Below, one piece after another: positions 51,121 through 64,000 of a stretch of 64,000 nucleotides of DNA. Origin of the DNA: Octopus vulgaris (lineage: Eukaryota); assembly GCA_951406725.2 (NCBI GenBank), contig OX597839.1, positions 12,214,001 to 12,278,000 on the forward strand, read 5' to 3'. Each line of letters opens with the position of its first letter. The first letter of the stretch is position 1. A program made the translations under genes and the position numbers. Below the pieces are notes generated by a model, which saw only the letters and a list, made by a program, of their open reading frames with translations, did not search any database and was not told where the DNA came from.

Positions 51121-51590
51121 GTTAAGTAATTGAGATTCAAGTGAATTCTAAAGAATTCACATGAATATGGTCCTTAACTAGGATGCACCAATCTATATGG
51201 TGTTAACCATACGACAAGTGGGGTGATTAAAAATAGGAAAAAAGCAACAAGAATGGATTAAAATCTCGGTGCGATCGTTTCGTACGAGGGCATCTTTAAT
51301 AAGCTACAAAAAATGCAGTGAATACAGATGGCTCGTACTCGTCAGCCGAAAAAACATCAGAGAATTCCCAAACATCAAAAGGGGTAGATACAAAAGAGGT
51401 TGTAAGATTAACTGCATTGAAGAAAGTTCGATTCATGGAGATCCGATGAAAGGTTTTAAACTTACAGAATTTGTGCATGTCTACATATAGCTCATATTAA
51501 ATTTTTAATCAAGTTGTGTGAAGAAATTTTCGGATACAGTCATGCAAAATTTCTGAAAATCCGAGTAAGAGGCAAAGTGACTGCCATATC
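51121..51590 (-). mobile_element. PLE 3' end / pLTR
   Basis: Homologous to 14380-14556; contains a hammerhead; CRH-type ORF end on the minus strand. Confidence 0.7.
51266..51349 (-). ncRNA. Type I hammerhead with a long stem II (U16.1 changed to C)
   Basis: TCGG-CTGACGA-GTACGAGcCATCT...AGATGccCTCGTAC-GAA-ACGATCGC-A-CCGA. Confidence 0.75.
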
Positions 51591-51622
51591 TATACATATA
51601 TACATATATATACATATATATG

Positions 51623-51698
<76 letters not shown>

Positions 51699-51749
51699 CA
51701 CATATATATACATATATACATATATATATATATATACACATACATATAT

Positions 51750-51807
<58 letters not shown>

Positions 51808-52111
51808 CGGGAAGCTTTATGAAAATAGACAAAAGACGAAGGCAGGTGGAAAACAAACAAACAATTGTATTAGTATGGCGCTCAGGAAATATAAATAAAA
51901 CAAGTCTTTAACGTTTCGAGCCTACGCTCTTCAACAGAAAGATACACAGAGAGAAAAAAAACACAGAAAGAAGGAGAGAAAAAAAGTGCGTGCAGTAACT
52001 AACGAATCAACATGGCGATCTGATTTCGGCCAGAGGTCAAAGATCAAACATGAGACACGAGAGCGAAATAAGGGGAGATAATAGGGTTGATAATAGGGTT
52101 GAATGACCAGC

Positions 52112-52320
52112 TATTAGTGCGTAGGAGGGGTCTGGACGTGTGTATGTATAGGGTTGGTGTATGTATTAGCATGTATTAGTATGTATAAGGGTGTGTGTGT
52201 GTGTGTGTGTGTGTACGAGAGAGTATTAGTGCGTAGGATAGGTCTGGACGTGCGTATGTATGGGGTTGGTGTATGTATTAGTATGTATTAGTATGTATTA
52301 GTACGTATTAGTATGTATAA

Positions 52321-52351
<31 letters not shown>

Positions 52352-52440
52352 AGAGAGTATAAGTGCGTATGAGGGGTCTGGACGTGTGTATGTATAGGGT
52401 TGGTGTATGTATTAGTATGTATTAGTATGTATTAGTACGT
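52112..52440 (+). repeat. Minisatellite, 3 units of about 110-135 bp
   Basis: TAT(T/A)AGTGCGTA..GGTCTGGACGTG..GGGTTGGTGTATG(TATTAGTATG)n at about 52112, 52224 and 52358. Confidence 0.9.
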
Positions 52441-52489
52441 AATACATACATACACATTAACACAGAGAGACACACACACAGTTATAAGC

Positions 52490-53190
<701 letters not shown>

Positions 53191-54809
53191 AACAAACTGA
53201 AAGATATAAATATATAAGCATAATCTATAACAAATACAGAATAGTCTCTCTCTCCCTTCTTTCTGTCTGTCTTTGTCTCGCCATCTCTTACACACACACA
53301 CACACACACATACACACACTCACTAATCTTTAAAAGTATCAGATTGTAAGAAGTACATGTGTGGGCGGTGGGTAATCGATATGATCAGGCACCAGTCTGG
53401 CCGCAGTCCACTATCTGAAACGAGTGCTGTAGTAAAACAGTAAAAATGTTATAAACAGTATTAAAAGAAACATAAAGCATAAGATAAGATAATTTAACAT
53501 AATAAATACGGGGAGCAACCCCCTACCACCACTATCACCTTTCCGGCTCTCCTCGCTCCGTCTCTCTACCTCTCTGTCTTTCTTTCTCCTCTAATCTTTA
53601 AAAGTAGACGTAAATAACAACATGAAACATATGTAAGAATCTAGTTTAACGTCAGTTCCAATTGCACGCTGAAAGAATTTGCCCCACCGCCTCCACCACA
53701 GAAAAAAAAGGAGGGGAAAAGCCCATAAAAGCAAACAAATAAATTAAAAAACAAAAAGAAAATATTCGCGCGAAAAAAATGAAAGAAGCAGACGTTAGAC
53801 ATAAATACAACACTATACGTATATATATTTCTTTTTCTTTGTCTCTATCTTCGCCCCTCCCTCTCATATTCCTCCATATGTATGTGTGTAGATATATATA
53901 TATGCACGTATGTGCATCAAGTCCACTTATTATTTTTATTATTTAATTATCTAGTTTGTTCTTTTGATATGTTGTTGTTATGTTGACTTCTTGAAACTTC
54001 AGAACATTCTTTTCGCTTCTCGTTTCTCATTCGTCATAATCTCGTTCTAATTCTCGCTGTTTCTTAATTAATCTATCCACTTTTCCTGCTGTATAGTTTT
54101 CTTATTCTCTCTTCATTTTTCTTTCATCTCAAAGCTACTACTGCTGTCTTCTTCTTCTTCTTCTTCTTCTTCCTCCTCCTCCTCCACTTCTTCTTCTTCT
54201 TCCTCCTCCTCCACTTCTTCATTTCTACTCTGTTTCTTCACTCGCATCCTCTACCTTCTCCCACTCCTCATCATTTCCCTCCTAATCATCCTTTACCCTT
54301 CTTCCTTATCTCTCTCTGTTACCCCCTACTCCTCCGCTACATCCAATACCACACACATACACTTTCTCTCTCTTTCTCTATCTCTCTTCCTCGCAGTTTC
54401 ATTGTCTCCCTCCCCCTCTTCCTCAAGCCCCACTACTTCGCTAATTAGAATCTCTTCCTCTCTTATTACACACATTACTGACATTGACTCACTCATACTT
54501 ACCAAATTCATTACGACCGAACATCATACCCACCCCTGCCCATTCATCTTTACTTTCCACTAATTCACTTTCTCACACTTTGTTGCCTTCATTCGCATAA
54601 TCACATCTCTTTCTCTCTCTTCCACTGTCTCTGTCTGTCTGTCTGTCTGTATCTCGCTCTTTCTCGATTTAATCAGGAATATAAAGCAACAGACTGCCAT
54701 TTTGTGTTACCATAACTCAACTGATTTATATGTGTGCGTGTGATTGTGTGTATATAAACAAATATATACATACATACATACGTGTGTATATATGTGTATA
54801 CGTATGTTT

Positions 54810-55070
54810 CTTTATTACCCACAAGGGGCTAAACACAGAGGGGGACAAACAAACGAATTAAGTCGATTACATCGACCCCCAGTGCGTAACTGGTATTTAA
54901 TTTATCGATCCCGCTTGACAACCGATGCTGATGTGTTTACGTCCCCGTAACTTAGCGGTTCGGCAAAAGAGTCCGATATAGTAAGTACTAGGCTTACTGG
55001 GGTCGATTTGCTCGACTAAAGGCGGTGCTCCAGCATGGCCGCAGTCAAATGACTGAAACAAGTAAAAGAT
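54810..55070. mobile_element. Junction of SINE B tail (-) and SINE A tail (+)
   Basis: TTTATCGATCC joined to CGCTTGACAACCGATGC. Confidence 0.75.
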
Positions 55071-55683
55071 GTAAAAGATATGCACATATATATGTATATA
55101 TATATACATACATACGCACACACACACATATATACACATGTGTGTATAGGTGTACGTATGTATGCATATACATTCTTACATAAAAATATCTAAATGAGGT
55201 AATTCCATCAGATCAATGGCTATGTAAGTTGAAACATCGGGGATGTGGTGATATAATATAAGGCGGAAGCCAAAAAGTTCCCAAGAATTTAGCCACTTAG
55301 TTGGAGAGAGAAAACAAATACCTAGTGGTGTTTGCTATTGACTCATGGAGATTGTTAATTTTCATGCGCGCGCGCATAACTTGAATTCAGCTGCTTTGCT
55401 AATTCTTTTTGCAGTTTGCTTCGGATTTACTCCAGAGAAAAAACTACGCGGGCGAAACTGACCATACCATCGTTAGCATCTGAAGATAATTAAAGCTTCA
55501 TTTCCAAAGACAGAACGGATATTTCTTGCGGCATGTGTTTCTGAAAGGTTCGATTTAGATTCAAACAGCATGCAGTGTCTGATATGAGTATGATCTAAAC
55601 TAATTTTCAAATAGTAAGACCGATATGAATTGAGTCACTATAGCAACACACGAACACACAAACATTGACTTTTATATAATATA

Positions 55684-55714
<31 letters not shown>

Positions 55715-55892
55715 GTGAGAATTTACAAAACAAAATAAAAGACGAAGACGGGTGTGTAAACAACAAACAGATGTATTAGTTTAACGCTCGGGAAGTAAGA
55801 AAGTCTTTTACGTTTCGAGCCTACGCTCTTGGACAGAAAGGAACAGAGAAATAAACAGGGAGAGGAAATAGAAAAAGGTTTAGTAGCTAGTG

Positions 55893-55937
<45 letters not shown>

Positions 55938-56228
55938 ATATATATATATGAGTATACGATATGCATTTTAAAGGTTTGTATGTATATAATGTATATACAT
56001 ACCCAAAAATAAATAAATATAAAACAAAGAAAATTTAACGGCGTGTTAATTTTCTGGAAGGGTGGGCACGAACAAATATTTATTATTATCATTGTTGTCG
56101 TCATCATCATCGTCATCATCATCATCATCAACGCTATTGCTGTTATTGTTATTATTAATAATATTTGTTTTTGCAAGCCTCGGCTCTTCCCCGTAATCAA
56201 CGAACATCTTGAATTATTTCATTTCGTA

Positions 56229-56339
<111 letters not shown>

Positions 56340-56709
56340 AAGAAGAAGAATATAAGAAGGAAGGGGACGCACTGCTAAATAATCACTATATAAAACAAAC
56401 ACACCCCTTATGCTTTTTTTTTCCTTCAACAAAAAAAATGTGAAGAAAGTAACTAGATTAAAATGAAACAATAAACAATGTCGGAAACGAAACGAAATAA
56501 AACGAAAATCAAAATATATTACATGACAGAGAAAAAGAAAAAGAAAATGGCGTAGGAAGATGTATAGCTGAAAGGCGACGTCAACTTTGTTGGGCACGTT
56601 ACAAAGGTCAGAGTTTGTAAATGTCTGTAATCAAAATGAAATGTGGTAAAGAGACTCACACATGTTTTGTAACGAAAAGGAAAAGAACGTATATACGTTT
56701 GTATGTGTG

Positions 56710-56741
<32 letters not shown>

Positions 56742-56901
56742 AATTCCTCACAAAAAAAGAAATTAAGAAATGGCGGAACAAAAATACAGTAGAAAAATTG
56801 AATGATTTGTTAGCGTTGAAAATGCCTTGTCGGATGTCTGTTTTAAGGTCGTTAATAATAGACAGAAAAACGTGTTAAGTAATACATACATGCATCCATC
56901 C

Positions 56902-56989
<88 letters not shown>

Positions 56990-57027
56990 CATACATACAT
57001 ACATACATACATACATACATACATACA

Positions 57028-57058
<31 letters not shown>

Positions 57059-57589
57059 GGTTCACCCCACAGCGAAGTAATTTGTTTTTATTTCCTGAAT
57101 AAATTTCGAGAATATGTCTCTCTGGAGGTGCTGCAGCAGCTGCAACTTGCTGCACAGTCGCCACCGTCGCCTCCTCCACCACCACCATCACCACCACCAC
57201 CACCACCACCACCACCACCACTACTACCACCGTTCTTCTGCTTCTGTTGCCCATGATCGTCATTCTTCCCTTCTTTCTCTATTCTTCAATATTCTGCTGC
57301 TCCCTTTCCTTCTCATCGTCATCTTCAATGTCCACACAATCCATCATCGTCGGTTGTTGTTGTAGTCGTCGCCATCATCTTCATCGCCCGCTGCATCGTT
57401 ACCCCAATATGACCACCACTGCTGTCATCATGATTATCATCATCCTCATCGGTACTTATCGATATTTTAAACCTGATTCTTCTTCTATCGATCACTTTTA
57501 CCGAACCGCATGGATTGACAAGGAGAAAGCTTTCCACAGTTTTCTCCAGACGTGGATCCGGGAATCATAGCAATTAAAAAGATAGTAGC

Positions 57590-58035
57590 AATAATAAATA
57601 AACGAAACCTCGGATATGCTTTACTCCACGTAGAAACAGCAGGAGTTATTCGGATGTTTTGCAAGCCCTTCTTAATCCATCAAAGTGATGGCAACTCTTC
57701 CATATCGTCATCAAATATTTCAAGTTCACAAGCGTTTCGCCCATTAGCCAAAAACGCTTCACTTGAATAGGGCAGCGAGGACTGCAAGAGTCTTCATCTA
57801 CGGAAAGGTTCCACTTGCGGTCTCTTTTCAGCCATAGTCACTTTGAGCTTGTTTCAGCTGCTGTGCTTATCTCCTTGAAGGCCTTACTTCAGTTGTTTCG
57901 GTTCCAGAACTATGTTTTGCAGAACTATCTCAGAAACTGCAAGAAAGTTGCAGTAGCCGACTTCAATAGGGAGCCACGACTACAAAAAGGAATGCAATTA
58001 TATATATTAAGTCCATTTGAAGAGGAATATTTCAA
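57590..58035 (-). mobile_element. HERO-clade (RLE) LINE 3' end
   Basis: LPIEVGYCNFLAVS...KEISTAAETSSK*LWLKRDRKW matches the HERO pattern PVEVGCRGF...AAE..S.WLW.KR...W. Confidence 0.75.
57708..57773 (-). ncRNA. Decayed permuted hammerhead-like motif in the HERO 3' UTR
   Basis: GCCC..TTCAAGT-g-AAGCGT-T-tttggctaat-GGGC-GAAA-CGCTT..ACTTGAA-atat-TTGATGA; stem I eroded. Confidence 0.55.
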
Positions 58036-58824
58036 GAGGACTGTCTCTCTTTCTCTGTTTTTCCTTTTCTCACTCTCTGTTTCTCTCTCTCTCTCTCTCT
58101 CTGTATATGTGTTAATTTCTGTTTGCTTTTCTCCTGTCTGTCTTAATACATTTAAACAAAAAAGAGACGGATGCAATCAACAAATTGAAGAGGACAATTA
58201 ACTACGTTTTCTCTTTAGATGACACCAATGTTAAACAATTAGAAACACAGCTTCAGACAGTTCATGGTTTACTACGGAAATTGACACGAGATTCAAATTA
58301 GAAAAAAAATATTAAAAATACTATAATTATGAGATAAACACAGACTTACAAATACTTAGAAACCCACACCTAAATGAAAGGACGTATGAGTCCTAGAATT
58401 CACAAAGCCGGAACATTTCTCTTTCTCTCTCATCCGTGACCATCTTCAATCCAGTGGCAAGACATTGGAGACGGATGCAGTAGATAACCAAGATGTCTGA
58501 CTTGCCACATCTTGCTCTTAGCACTCCACGATGCGTTACTGTAACTGCCTTCTCTATTGAACCATGAAGGGCACTTCCACGGAGTCCGCTGCATCCAGTC
58601 TTCACACGCATAGTTAGGGCAAGCCCTAATATGCTAAGAGTAGACTTGGGAATAATAAGGGCTAAGCATTGTTCTTGGAATTCTCAAACCAAGGCCCCAC
58701 TTTCGGGTGTAGTTTGATTAATATAAAAGAAAGATAGAGATAATATACATGCATCGTGGTATTTATATGCATCTCTATTCGTCTTAATAAGGGGATGTTC
58801 ACCCCCCAATAAGTAGTGTACAGA

Positions 58825-59590
58825 TGGTGGTAGATATAGTGGCGTAGGTGGTGGAAGTTGTGGTGGTGGTAGTTGTAGTGGTGGTAGTTGTAGTGGTGAT
58901 GGTAGTGGTGGTGGTAGTTGTGGTGGTGGTAGTTGTTGTGGTGGTAGTTGTGGTGGTGGTGGAGGTGATAGTGCTGATGGGAATGATGGTGGTGATTGTG
59001 GTGGCAGTAGTGTTGTTGTTGTTGGTGGTAGAAGTGGTGATAGAGGTAATGAAGGTGACGGTGGTGGTGGCAGTGGTGGTGGTAGTAGTGGTGATTGTGG
59101 TAACGATGGCGATGGTGGTGGTAGTGGAAGAGGTAATTGTAGTAATGGTGGTGATGGTGGTGTGATGGTAATGGTGTTGGTAGAGGTAATTGTAGTAATG
59201 GTGGTGGTGGTGTGGTGGTGATAACGATGGTGGTGGTGGTGTGGTGGTGGTAGTGGCTGGAGGTACTTGGTAGTGATGGTTGTGGTCGGAGTTGAAAGGA
59301 AGGTAACATTATTCATAATATATATTCATGAGAACTTTTAATATCTCCCACCTCCCTTTTATATTTCAAGCCCTCATTATCCAGCACCCAAATCCCTGCT
59401 ACTACCACCACCACCACCACCACCACCACCAATATTATCATTACCATCAACAACCTCTACCACCACCGTTAGTACCATCACCACCATTACCACCACCACT
59501 ACCATCATCACCACCACCGACACCACCACTACCGTCATCATCACCATCAAATATCTCCACCACCACCACCACCGCCCCCACCAACACCAT
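58825..59590. repeat. Degenerate (GGT)n and (ACC)n trinucleotide tracts
   Basis: Direct reading; explains the His/Pro/Val-rich ORFs. Confidence 0.93.
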
Positions 59591-60536
59591 CACTCTCCAT
59601 ATCGACTCTCCCTTCCAGAGGATGAAAATGACAAAAATTAAAACAAAAAATTCAAAATAGACACAAAATACGACAAATTTATGGGAGAAGGATATGGCTG
59701 AACAACACATTTAGTTTTTAAAGAAATGCAAACATTAGCTGCTTTCTTGCTGGTTATTTTTTCTGTCTTTTGCCTTTTTTAAAAATATTTTTTATTGTTA
59801 TTTCATTCAGAGATGAACGTTGGTGCGGCGTTGGGATGAGACGTATGGAGCAAGGTCAAATTTAATTTGACCCTTTGCCATCATTAACCAACCAGCCGAC
59901 CAGTCGACAGACCGTGCAATCGACCGACCGACCGACCCACGGAACGACCACACCGCAACCAAATAGCAGGCTTATCACGATTGAAACACTAACTCTGTCG
60001 ACCGCCACCTATTTGCACATCACAGCATCCGGCAAGAATTCAACTTACCAACACCCATTCTCCAATCATTATTCATTCATCCACGTTCTACACGCATGTA
60101 CACATGTTCACGTGCGAGCTGATAATGGCGGAAATTATAAGCGAGGCAGACGATTAAGAGAAACAGAAGTTTAAAAACGACAAACAAAAATCAATGGAAT
60201 AATATTAACAACGAAAATGGAAAAGAAAAAGTAAATAAATGAATAAATCCTTTAAAAAAAAATATTCGTTTTATACAAACAACAAAACGAAGCTATACAC
60301 ACATACGTGTGTGCGTGTACACACTCATATACGTATACATATACATGCGTGCACACAGGCGTACGTGAATGCTACACAACAATGTGACTTAGAACAGGCA
60401 ACAACAATAACAAAAATAACAGCAACAACAACAACACCAGCACTGAAAAGTAAAAATAAAAACAAGAAATGAAGTAATGACGTGATAATAATAACAATAA
60501 CAATGATAATACAATTAATAATAATAATAATAATGA

Positions 60537-60570
<34 letters not shown>

Positions 60571-60611
60571 GGTGGTGATGATGATGATGATGATGATAAT
60601 AATAATAATAA

Positions 60612-61080
60612 AACAGCAAATATTCTGCTCAATACCAAAGATTTGCTTGTCAGTTGTTTGACCTTAAGCAGTTGAGCATGTCCCTTAGTGGCTGACGATA
60701 TGTACATCTCTGATCACAAGCAGAAGTCGTGGGGGAGCATCATAGCCGTCTGTTGAAAAGAATTCTTAGAGGTTTGGATAATTCACCTTTGGAAACAGAG
60801 GTGGTTCGTTCAACATCCTTAAGCAACCCTTATTCAGGGACCTTTTGAGCGGAATGGGCTACTCGACGAGAAGAAAATTCTAACTGGGCCCCACCTGCAA
60901 GGTCATGCGCCGTTTATCTTGATATGAGATCACCATGTCGCGCACATATGGTTGTGATACATGTGCCTGGTGTACCCTTATCAGACGGGTAGTCATGATG
61001 GGTATACTGTGCTTCGTATATTTTACCCCAGTGTCACTTTGATGGCATGCTCTGCTCGCTCACTCAATAATAATAATAAT
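60612..61080 (+). mobile_element. LINE 3' UTR inserted in a (TAA)n array (Dong/R4-like)
   Basis: (TAA)n on both sides; shares its last 190 bp or so with 21428-21620. Confidence 0.62.
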
Positions 61081-61682
61081 AACAACAACAATAATAATAA
61101 CAGCAACAACAATAATAATAGTGATAATAATGATGATAATATAATGACGGTGGTGGTGGTGGTGGTGGTTGTGGTGTTGTTGCTGTTGTTGGTGATGGTT
61201 ATGGTGTTGGTAGTGTTGTTGGTAAACGACGGTAAAAACGATAATACAATTGAAGGAAAGAAACAATAAAAATATACATAATTAGTAAAATAAATAGATA
61301 AATAAATAAAATCGTTTTTTTTACTGTTTTTTTTATAGAAACAAAAAATTAAAAAAAAACAATCGGTACAAATGATATAAATGTTCGAAAATAAATCTGG
61401 TAAAATTCTAATGGTTAGTGGGATTGGAGACAATTGTTTCTTCAGCAGTTCTTAGATTCACCACCCAATCTAGTCGCTCACGCTTTACTCGTTAAATCAA
61501 CTAGCGCCATTATTTGAGACAACCATCAAGCAATGGAGTACGGAATGTCAGAGAAATCAGGCGGTTGTCGTCTGCCAGCCAGTCAATTTCGATAAATGAG
61601 TGTGTGTGTGTAATATAATGTATTGTATATAAATACTTGTTTGTCTATGTCTATATATACATAAATATGGGTGTAGGCGTGC

Positions 61683-61726
<44 letters not shown>

Positions 61727-61834
61727 AGAGAGAGAGATAAATAGATAAATATATTGTATGTATGTGTATACATAGATACCCACACACACGCACACCAATT
61801 TTGTCCCCTTTTTCTATCTGTTTTCTTTCTGCAC

Positions 61835-62440
61835 ACCAACGTCGGTTGTCAACCGATGGGGTGGGGACAAATAAATACATATATAATATACTAGCAGTAT
61901 CGCCCGGCGTTGCTCGGGTTTGTAAGGGAAATAACTATAAAGCATTTTTAGAGAGTTATAGCCAAAAAATAGCAAACAAATGGAAAAAAAATGATGGTAA
62001 ATTTTTTTGAGAGTTAAAAAGGTGGAGTTGCGTCCCCTAGACAGTCTGTGGTTTGTGTTTCTGATTCTCGACCCCATGTCGAATTTATCAAATTTTTTCA
62101 GAACTGGGGGAACTTTTCAAAATTTTCGCTGCGTTAGTTTTGAATTATGACATTGGGCTATGTGTGTGTCAAGTTTCATCAGAATCGGTTGAAAGCCGTG
62201 GTCAGGGTGAGGGTACAACCTAACAGACATACAGACACACACACAGACAAACTGCCGTTTATATAGAGAGAGATATACGACGGGCTTCTTTCAGTTTCCA
62301 TCTACCAAATCCACTCACATGGCTTTGGTCGGCCCGAGGCTATAGTAGAAGATACTTGCTCAAGGTGTCACGCATTGGGACTGAACTCGGAACCATGTAG
62401 TTGCGAAGAAAGCTTCTTGCCACACAGCCACGCCTGCGCC
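61835..62440 (-). mobile_element. SINE family A interrupted by a Helitron
   Basis: Tail fragment 61835-61870 and head 62277-62440 flank the insert. Confidence 0.85.
61891..62273 (-). mobile_element. Complete 383-bp non-autonomous Helitron
   Basis: Minus strand A|TCTCTCTCTATATAAACGGCAG...CCCGAGCAACGCCGGG-cgatactg-CTAG|T; no TSD. Confidence 0.92.
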
Positions 62441-62604
62441 TATGCATAAATTTTAACAACAAAATCTTATATGTGCCCCCAAGGGTCATATGGCGTCTAC
62501 AACTCCAAATCGTCATCTACATGTATTTTAATTTTCAATTTCTTTGGTCGAAGGTCTGTTTGCTCGAGGTTAACTTGGGTTTAAATAATTCTTTCCATTA
62601 TGTG

Positions 62605-63125
62605 CACAGGGCCTGAAAATTGGTAGAAAAGGGATAGTTGATTACTCTGACTCATGTGTTCAGTTGGGACATAATTCATCGATCCCCGAAAGGATAAAAG
62701 GTAAAGTTAACCTCGATGGGATTTGAACTCAGAACGTTGTGAGTTAGAAGAAATATCCTTTCTAATATAGACACAAAGCCTGAAATTTTGAGGGAGGGGT
62801 TAAGTCGATTACATCGATCCCAGTACTCCACTGGCACTTAATTAATCAACCACGAAAGGGATGACAAGCAAAGTCGACCTCAGCGGAATTTGAACTCAGA
62901 ACGTAAAGACAGACGAAATGCCGCTAAGCATTTTACCCGACGTGCTAACGATTCTGCCAGCTCGCCGCCTTTCCTCGCTAATTTAGAAGAATTTCGTCCA
63001 TCTTTACGTTCTGAGTTCAAATTCCGCTGAGGTCAACTTTGCCTTTCGTCCTTCCAGGGTCGATAAATTAAGTACTAGTGAAACATCGTCTGCTGTCCTT
63101 CACTGGTACTTATTTTATCGACCAT
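62605..63125. mobile_element. Cluster of SINE family B copies in both orientations
   Basis: Minus copies at about 62605-62750 and 62760-62970; plus copy at about 62990-63080. Confidence 0.82.
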
Positions 63126-63949
63126 GGCGGTATGATTATTATTGTTATTGTTACTACTTTTTTTTCATCAACCGCCCTTGTGACAGAAAATAAAATTGAT
63201 AATATCTAATATTATTACTATATTTTTTGTTTGTTTATTGCCTTTTACATCGATATAGCTTTGCTTTGTTTGGTTTGGTTTGGCTATTATATTTTTATGT
63301 GATAGCGCATGTATATATATATATATATATATATATATTCGTCTATTGAATACTTATTTCATTATTTTTGTTTTTCGTGATGCGGATAATAGACTTGCAA
63401 TGGTGAAGGAGAGAGAGAAGATAGTCCGTTGCCGACAAACTGTGACAATTATATTTAACTAAAGCCGAAATTACGCGAGTATCCGGCGTTAACGTTGTGA
63501 AACTTCACTTTGAATGATTCTCAACGGGGGAGCCCAGCTGACTTGGCTACTGAGATGATGGGAAGTTGGAAGTTGTTACGCACTAGCTTAGTCAACTGGA
63601 AGATGCGAAACTAACCAGCAAAATAAACAGCTAGCTGCTTCAAGCTAGCTATTATATGGCATATTTGTCACACGGTGATTCTGGTTTATATAACCGTGTA
63701 ACGTATTTATTTATTGTCTCTTTTTTATCTGTTTCTCTCTGTCTCTTTCTCTCGCTCTCTATTTATCTATCTATATCTGTATCTCTGTCTCTATCTACCT
63801 CTGCTTCTACATTGCATGATTGTTTCAGGAAAGCTGAATATACATACATACATGCGCATGTTTGAGAGTGTGTTGTGTATATATGGTTGTGTATATATAT
63901 ATATTATTATTATCTATAGCTATCTATCTATCTTCTCTCTCTCTCTCTC

Positions 63950-63984
<35 letters not shown>

Positions 63985-64000
63985 GCGTAGGAGTGGCTGT

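Noticed and set aside
57826-57842. In-frame TGA as selenocysteine in the HERO ORF
   Set aside because: It replaces a conserved Trp (TGG to TGA) in an already frameshifted remnant.
58825-59590. Facing GGT-rich and ACC-rich tracts as a designed fold-back or extensin-like gene
   Set aside because: Low-complexity complementarity only; such tracts are common throughout the window.
59854-59872. 19-bp palindrome GGTCAAATTTAATTTGACC (nuclear-receptor-like half sites)
   Set aside because: Too short to distinguish from chance in 64 kb without conservation data.

Overview
AT-rich, microsatellite-saturated eukaryotic non-coding DNA (gene desert or giant intron), most likely from an octopus or other coleoid cephalopod. 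This is inferred from the tRNA-derived CORE-type SINE families and the extreme (TA)n/(CA)n/(TATG)n load. No host exon can be supported, and nearly all ORFs in the track are translations of simple repeats. The window holds about 25 SINE copies from 4 families and four related Helitrons, two of which carry stop-free PIF1 helicase pieces. It also holds Tc1, maT-like, mariner and Tigger/pogo remnants, two intact MITEs, RTE, HERO and Dong/R4-like LINE 3' ends, and many Penelope-like element (PLE) remnants, including a GIY-YIG domain missed by the ORF track. The main hidden signal is RNA structure. First, there are about 16 minimal type I hammerhead ribozyme motifs of the PLE type, some with unusual cores (U3-A8 swap, A6U). 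Second, there are five copies of a non-circularly permuted, pseudoknotted hammerhead-like motif whose helices co-vary between copies. These lie near the 3' ends of retroelement-like repeats, one of them a HERO LINE 3' UTR. All structures were read by eye; none has been folded computationally or tested.
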